A DNA stretch of 64,000 bases, taken from the NCBI RefSeq assembly GCF_009914755.1, contig NC_060938.1; one strand, 5' to 3'. Positions 55,900 to 64,000 of the stretch are shown one piece after another (position 1 is the stretch's first letter; every line of letters begins with the position of its first letter). Source of the stretch: the human T2T-CHM13v2.0 reference genome, Homo sapiens. Both the position numbers and the translations under genes were made by a program. The notes below the pieces were generated by a model, which made no database searches, had not been told where the DNA came from, and was given only the letters and a program-made list of their open reading frames with translations.

Positions 55900-58650
55900 C
55901 CTGAGAGAGCCTCTTCTGAAAAGTAAAATAATAATATCCAAAAATCTACTCCATACAAACAATGAGAACAAATGCAAAAACTGTCAAAATTCACAGATTT
56001 TGGAATCAACCTTTAAGGAACTCTGGAAATTAACTAAAGACTTGCAACAATATAGAGAGCTTTTTTTTTTTTTTATAGCTTACTCTCAACAAGAAGAGTG
56101 AGCTATGTGTTTTATGCCTTATTCCAATCTTCTTCCTCCCCAATTCTGTAGTAGCCTTGAAAACTAACAGCCAAAGAAACTAAAAAATGTATGTAAAACC
56201 ACCATTTGGAAACTTGGAGGGAACAAAATGAGATTGGAGCACTCCAAAATTCCAGATTATAGTTATTATTTGACTTATCTGGCAGCTCACTAAAAAGCTT
56301 TATTCTCAGGGCTTGACTACATTTGATCTAACAGAGGGATTCCTCTGCACGAATAGTCCTATCCTCAAGATATTTGTCAAGAACAATTAGTGGCACTTGT
56401 TTGTCATCATAGCTGCTTGGGTAGGATTACCAGTTGGAGATAATAAGAGGCTGATCGAAAAATGTAAAAGAAAATAATGTGGAATAACATGTCCACAGGG
56501 GGCTTTCAAAGCTCTAACAAAGTCCTGGTGATATGGTTTGGCTCTGTGTTCCCACCTAAATCTCATGCCAAATTGTAATCCCCACATGTCAGGAAAGAGA
56601 CCTGGTAGGAGGTGATTGGATCATGCGGACAGATTTTCCCTGTGTTCTTCTGGTGATAATAAGTGAATTCTCATGAGATCTGATGGTTTAAAAGTGTGGC
56701 ATTTCACCCCTCCCTTTCTCTATCTCCTGCCACCATGCAAAATATGTCCTGCTTCCCCTTCACCTTTCACCATGATTGTATGTTTCCCAATTGTATGTTC
56801 CCCAGCCATGAGGAACTGCAAGTCAGTTAAACCTCTTTTATTTATAAATTACCCAGTCTCAGTTAGTTATTTATAGCAGTGTGAAAATGGATTAATATAT
56901 CTGGGATTGAAAAGCCACATACTTGTTCAAGGCTGTGCACATACTAGTGAAAGACGTGAGAAGGTGCTTATCCCTGCCACTTAGTTGACCTTGAGGGTCT
57001 GCAGAAGCAGAAAGTGAACACTAAGTCAGAGTTGTCAACTGCCTTCTACAGAATTGAAGATGTGTTTCCAATACAACCACAGCACTCGTAAGCAATGTCT
57101 GGCAAATTCTTTAGTTCAAGGTATTGAAGGAAATCTCCTGTTCAATCATTAGCTGACCACTAACTGAAGCAAGCAGAGACTTCGCTAACAAATGCAAGAA
57201 AAAAATCATAATCTACAGAATTTGTCCAGAAAAGTAACTAAACAAGCAAACAGTAACAATTAACAATCTCCAGGGTAAGAAGGGAGGTGATCTGACTTTC
57301 CGAGTTGAAACATCATATAATTTAAAATGTCCAGCTAAAAAAAGCTATGAGATATGCAAAAGAATAAGATAATATGAGCCATAAACGGGAATAAAAGCAG
57401 CCAATAGATGCCACTTCCAAGAAAGCCTAGATGTTGACCTTAGTGAAGACTTTAAATTAATCATTTAAAACATATTCATGGAACCAAAGGAAACCGTGTT
57501 TAAAGAACTAAAGGAAAATATGAGATAAATTTCTTACCAAATAGAAGATAGAAATAAAGAGATAAAAATTTTAAAAATGGCTAAATAAAAATTCTGGAGT
57601 TGAAAGTACAATGGGGTTTTAAAATTAATTAGAGAGGATCAATGGCATATTTTAGCAAGCAGAAGAAAGAATTCACAGTTTCAAAAATAGTTTAATTGAG
57701 ATTATCCATTTTAAGGCAACGAAAAAATGGTATGAAGAAAAATAAACAGAGCTTTAGAGATCTGTTTGACAACATAAATTACACTAATATATAATGGGAG
57801 ATTTTAAAGGAAAGAAGAGAAGGAAGAAATATTTGAATACGTAACAGCTAAAAACTCCTCAAATTTAATTAATCTGTACATCTAAGAAGATTAAAGAACT
57901 CTAAGCTGGATAAATTCAGATATCCACATGTAAACATATCATAATCAAAGCTTTGAAAGGCAAGTACAAAGAGAGACCTTTGAAAGTAGCTTAAAAAATG
58001 ACTTCACATATATACTCAATAATATTGACATCAGAAACAACAAAGGCCAGAAGTCAGTGGAAGGACATATTCAAAATGCTGAAAGAAGAGATTGCCAGCC
58101 CAAACATTCTATCTTCTGCAAAACTATTCTTCAAAAATCAAGGACAAATTAAGACATTCCAAGATAAAAAGAGAATGTGTCATTAACAGATGAACCCCAG
58201 GAAGAAGTTTTTTAAGCTTGAGAAAACCAAATATTAACTTGAATCCAAAAAAATAAAATAAAAAGAAATTACACTGGTAAATCTAACTATATAGGTAAAT
58301 AGACAGTATAAATGTAGTTTTTATTTGCGATTGTTTTATGGTACTGTTTGATTTAAAGCACAATTGTGTAAAGCAATATTTTAAAAATATTGTTGATGGG
58401 CTCATAATGCATAGACATGTAATTTGTATGAGAATAATTATACAAAGGAGGAGAAATGGAGCTGTATTGTAACAACTTTTTAAATATGTCATCCAAATTA
58501 ATTCAGTATTAATCTGATCTAGATTTTCAATTAATATGTAAATTGTAACTACCAGGATAATCATTAAGAAAATGACACAAAATCATGTAGTACAGGAAAC
58601 ACTTAAAGCATTAATATAAAATATAAACATGAGGCAGTTTTAACAATTAG
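55900..58650 (+). mobile_element. Old L1M 5' part (5'UTR, ORF1, inter-ORF)
   Basis: ORF1 C-terminal peptide 57998-58186 (SETTKARSQWKDIFKMLKE...ILSSAKLFFKNQGQIKTFQDK). Confidence 0.8.
56529..56899 (+). mobile_element. THE1D-type solo LTR inside L1M
   Basis: TGATATGGTTTGGCTCTGTGT start; TTATAAATTACCCAGTCTCAG...TAGCAGTGTGAAAATGGA end; TSD CCTGG / TCTGG. Confidence 0.9.
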
Positions 58651-58728
58651 ATCAGCAATAATTGATTTAAAAATCAACCATAATAACAACACTGAAATAA
58701 TCACTTTACTATGTTGGTGTTTACCATT

Positions 58729-59048
58729 TGATATGGTTTGCCTCTGTGTCCCCACCCAAAATCGAATATCAAATTGTAAATGTCATGTGTGGATGGAGGG
58801 ACAAGGTGGGGGGGCGATTGGATTACGGGGGCGGTTCCCCCCACGCTGTTCTCATGATTGTAAGTGTTTGACAATTCCTTCTTCACACTCTCTATCTTGC
58901 CTCCACCGTGTAAGATGGCCTGCTTCCCTTTCTGCCATGATTGTAAGTTTCCAGCTATGTGGAACTTTAGTTCAATTAAACCTCTTATCTTGATAAATTA
59001 CCCAGTCTCAGGTATTTCTTTATAGCAGTGTGAAAATGGACTAATAAA
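58729..59048 (+). mobile_element. THE1D-type solo LTR (internally shortened)
   Basis: TGATATGGTTTGCCTCTGTGTCCCCACCCAAA start and a THE1 3' end. Confidence 0.88.
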
Positions 59049-60319
59049 CATTTTTAGTCTTTTAAAAAATGTTCACATGTATTTGTACACACTTATTTAT
59101 TTTAATTTAACATTTTTGGACTCAGGTTGGTATTTGAAGTATCAAGTGGAAAATTTTTAAACATGTTTTCTGCATAAAATGAATTCTGTCTTTATACACA
59201 TAGAAACTGGTATTTTATGTTACATATGACTAAAGATGTATATGGATTCATGGCATGTGCTCATGTATGTTACCATATAAAATATTTTTAAATAATTGCT
59301 TATGATTTTGTAATCAAGCAGTGAAAGTTAAAATTAAATTGCATATATGTCTGCATATTCTTGTGATTTAAAGAGCTACCAGTAGTATACATGATATTAC
59401 TTGTCATTTCCCTAAATAAATGAGTTTTATTATCTAAAAACAGTTTAAAGAATTTTTTAACCACAAAGTCTTAAAAGTATATTAATAAGCAAATGATGAA
59501 AAAATTAAATTTAAATTTAAAAATTTAAAATAAAATGCCCCATAGAAATGCTTTTGGTTTGTGGGCATATGCAAATTTGTTTGGAGAAGTTATTCTCTCA
59601 GTATTCCCTTCACATGGGGATTTATGTGATGTTTGTTTTCACTAAGAAGGAGAAAAATGAAAAAGTGATTTCAGAACCTGATTTGATTGCTTTGAAAACA
59701 AACAAACAAAGAGCTTTTTTTCTAGTGGCTTTGAGCTAATTGCTCTTCCCTTCAAATCTCTCTCTCTGTATGTAGGTGTGTGTTTTTTCTTTTTCTATTT
59801 TCAAGGTAGATTTAGTAGGTTATAGGAAAAAAACTTGCTTAATTTACTTCTTCATTTTGAGAGATATTTTCTTCTATATATTTTCTTATCTTACTCTCTG
59901 AAGTCTCATTTTAGGCTTTTCATGTTGAGGAGTTAATAATGCACATGCCGGATATTTTTCTGATATTTTTCAACTTTTAAGCGGTCTTATCTAATAAGAT
60001 TCCAGAAATGATATATCCTCATTGCAATTCTGCCTCTAAGAAAACTATATTATATCCAGAGAGCCATGCCACACAGTTACCTATTCATTATCAATCCCAT
60101 TACCTATAAAATAGTAAGGGGGGACAGCCCTTGTCAAATGAAAGCACTTGGATTAAATTTTTAAAAAGTTAAGGAATTTACATAATTCATTTTAAGGATT
60201 TAAAAATATAATATACATATACTCATACGCTCAATAATTGCTAACTTTAACATCTATGCTTATTCTTGAACTATATATATCCAAGTTATCTCTTATGTTA
60301 TTTTCCTTCAAAAAATAAT

Positions 60320-60540
60320 AGCTAATGTTAATTGAACACTTAGTATGCACCAAACACTATTCTAGGCCCTTTGCCTGTGTCAGCTTATTTAATATTCACA
60401 CTGACCTGTTAAATAGGTTTTATTATTACTGTTTCTTATAGTAGAAGAACCTGAGATAGACAGGGATTAAATAACCTGCTGCAGAATTTGAACTCAAACT
60501 ATCTAATGACAAACAAAGCCTGCAATGTTAACCTATATGA
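60320..60540 (-). mobile_element. MIR
   Basis: TTAATTGAACACTTAGTATGCACCAAACACTATTCTAGG...GAATTTGAACTCAA. Confidence 0.65.
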
Positions 60541-60598
60541 TATTGTTAGCCATGAAACAATTATCAATGAAAGAAATTTATTTAGGATGAAAGATGGC

Positions 60599-60678
60599 TA
60601 GTGTCTTTCCTAGTATACAAAAGATAGACATATATGTAGCAACACGTGTCTATCTTTTGTATACTAGGAAAGATACTA
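60599..60678. repeat. Inverted repeat: 27-bp perfect arms with a 16-nt spacer
   Basis: TCTTTCCTAGTATACAAAAGATAGACA (60604-60630) is the exact reverse complement of 60647-60673; extends 5 more bp with one G:T pair. Confidence 0.95.
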
Positions 60679-61153
60679 TGTCTTTATACTAGTGAATATA
60701 TAGATATTTGCTTAGAATAATTTAATTTAGTGGATGTCAGAGTTTCTCTAATGATTAAAGTTCTATTCGCCATAATATAGTAACTTCGGATGAGGTTTGG
60801 AAGTAGACGTTTGTCAAACATATCTGGTGGCTGGTTAATTTAAACACATTCTTGTGGCTGTTAGAGGCTTAAGTCTGAATTTTTTAAGTTGTTTCCTTAG
60901 TGATTCAACAAAATGCAGTGTAATCTAAATAAACAAAAGGCAATGTTTTATTAAAGACATTCAAACAAAATATTAGTATTGTTTTTTATATTTTTATGAA
61001 AGAATGAAAATATGAAAATTATTGTTCATTCAGATATATAATAAAATAATATTTATGGTTGGGAGAGAGACCTTCAGGACTAAAGCAATAATTTATAAAT
61101 TTAGGATGAATTTATACTTTTTCTTTTTTTATTTTAAATATTTGCAGATTTTC

Positions 61154-62439
<1,286 letters not shown>

Positions 62440-62459
62440 TTATTAATATTAAATTTTGT

Positions 62460-62700
62460 TTAAGTATACTTTAACGGTACACACTTATTGTATGTCAGAT
62501 ACTCTTCTACGTGTTCAAAAATATAACCTTACTCATCTTTATACCCACTGTGCGGTGGCTATTGTAATCTGCATACTACAGATGAAGTAACTCAGAGAAA
62601 TTAAACTACTTTCCCAAAGTCATACCACTGAGATGTGGCAGACACTGGAAGTAAAATATCGGTTCTAATTTCCAAGCTTATGATCCTAACCACTATTCTG
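62460..62700 (-). mobile_element. MIR
   Basis: TACAGATGAAGTAACTCAGAGAAATTAAACTACTTTCCCAAAGTCATA. Confidence 0.65.
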
Positions 62701-63069
62701 TCTTGTGTATCTTAGGCTTTTACAACTGTCATCATTTCTCTCTCTTTCACACACATGAGACACTGAGTTACCACTCAACAACTCTAATCACACAATCGAT
62801 AATAGAATATAATAAAATTTCCATTACTTTCATTTATAGCGTTCAAGTCTTACAAAACCCACAAGTTCAGATATGCTTTGAAGTTTTTGCAGTTGTACGA
62901 AAGCTACATTAAATACATATTAGACCCATGCGTTACAGAATAGCGTAAGATTTGTAAGAAATAATTTTGTCGAATACTAATTAACTCTAGGTAGTTTTTA
63001 ATGCCTGTAATGTATAAAAACAAAGTACAACCATAGTAACGCTAATAATTTTTAGTGGTGATTTTTATT

Positions 63070-63260
63070 CCAGCTCTTTTAAGTTAGAGATCAAATTATG
63101 TGCTGAGTGAAATTTTAAAAATCATCTAGTCTATGTTACTGATAAGGAAACTATAGCTCGGAGATATTATGTGACCTCTCCAAAGACACACAGCCAATTG
63201 GCAGCGGAGTTGGAATAATCTCAACATCCCTGAATGCCAGATCAGTTTCTCTTCACTATT
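63070..63260 (-). mobile_element. MIR fragment
   Basis: TACTGATAAGGAAACT...GTGACCTCTCCAAAGACACACAGC. Confidence 0.55.
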
Positions 63261-63797
63261 TATATGCACAGTTATACAGCTTCTCTGCATGGTTTATATG
63301 AATTAACTTACTAATAATATTTTAAATAACAACTGTTAGTAAAAACAGGCACAATCCAAGTCTCTAAATATGTATAACATTTTATTAAAGGGTCAGATAA
63401 TCCAGGGGCATTATTATAAGGCTGACTTTATATGCAGTTAATGGAAAGGTTGTATTACTCTATAGTGTCTCTTTCTCCCTCTACATATATATAGTTAGAT
63501 GTATAAGATATATCATATATATGAGAGAGACATATATATAAAGAGAGAGAGAGAGAGAGAGACAGAGTTAAAGTGATGATCCTGCAAGTAAGTTTGCATT
63601 ACTTATTTAGTTGTACTCCTAAAATCAGCACATACATTTATACATTTCATGGTGTATATTCAGATGTTTTATTACTAAAATTAATTTCAGTAGCTTTCTT
63701 AACATTAATCTGTAATAAAGTTTTAAAGTCGTGGTTAACAATGAGAAAACACATTTACTTTCAAATACAGTTTGATAAATGTAATTTTAGAAAACGC

Positions 63798-63928
63798 TGA
63801 GGTGATGAATGTGTTCATTGACTTGATTGTGGTAATTATTTCACAATGTATATATACGTCAAACCATCACATTGTACATTGTGAATATATGCAGTTTTAT
63901 AAATTCTACCACAAGAAAACTGGTGAAA
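63798..63928 (+). mobile_element. L1M 3' end fragment
   Basis: GAGGTGATGAATGTGTTCATTGACTTGATTGTGGTAATTATTTCACAATGTATA. Confidence 0.7.
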
Positions 63929-64000
63929 GGAACACATACATGCTCAGACACATTACACTGTTTTGCTTGGCCATAAATAGGGTGTATACAAATTTGCTTC

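Overview
AT-rich, repeat-dense primate (most likely human) non-coding DNA, either intergenic or deep intronic. I see no intact protein-coding gene, RNA gene or CRISPR-type system. The window opens with the 3' end of a HERV-H provirus (polypurine tract plus 3' LTR7). It contains several L1 copies: an old L1MB, a near full-length L1PA15-17-type element with nested insertions, and two twin-primed inverted L1PAs. It also holds eight Alus or Alu fragments (one young, Ya-lineage), solo LTRs (MER11, MER39/34-like, THE1, MLT1), a MER20, and MIR/L2 remnants. The only host-gene-derived sequence is a decayed processed pseudogene of the ubiquitin-conjugating enzyme UBE2D3 (minus strand, about 34.4-35.0 kb). 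The most unusual unexplained structures are an 80-nt near-perfect hairpin at 60599-60678, an orphan poly(A) with a TSD-like flank, a palindromic TA-rich array, and a double palindrome at about 47.8 kb. Repeat subfamily names come from recalled consensus sequences, not from a database search. I did not find a convincing new biological system.
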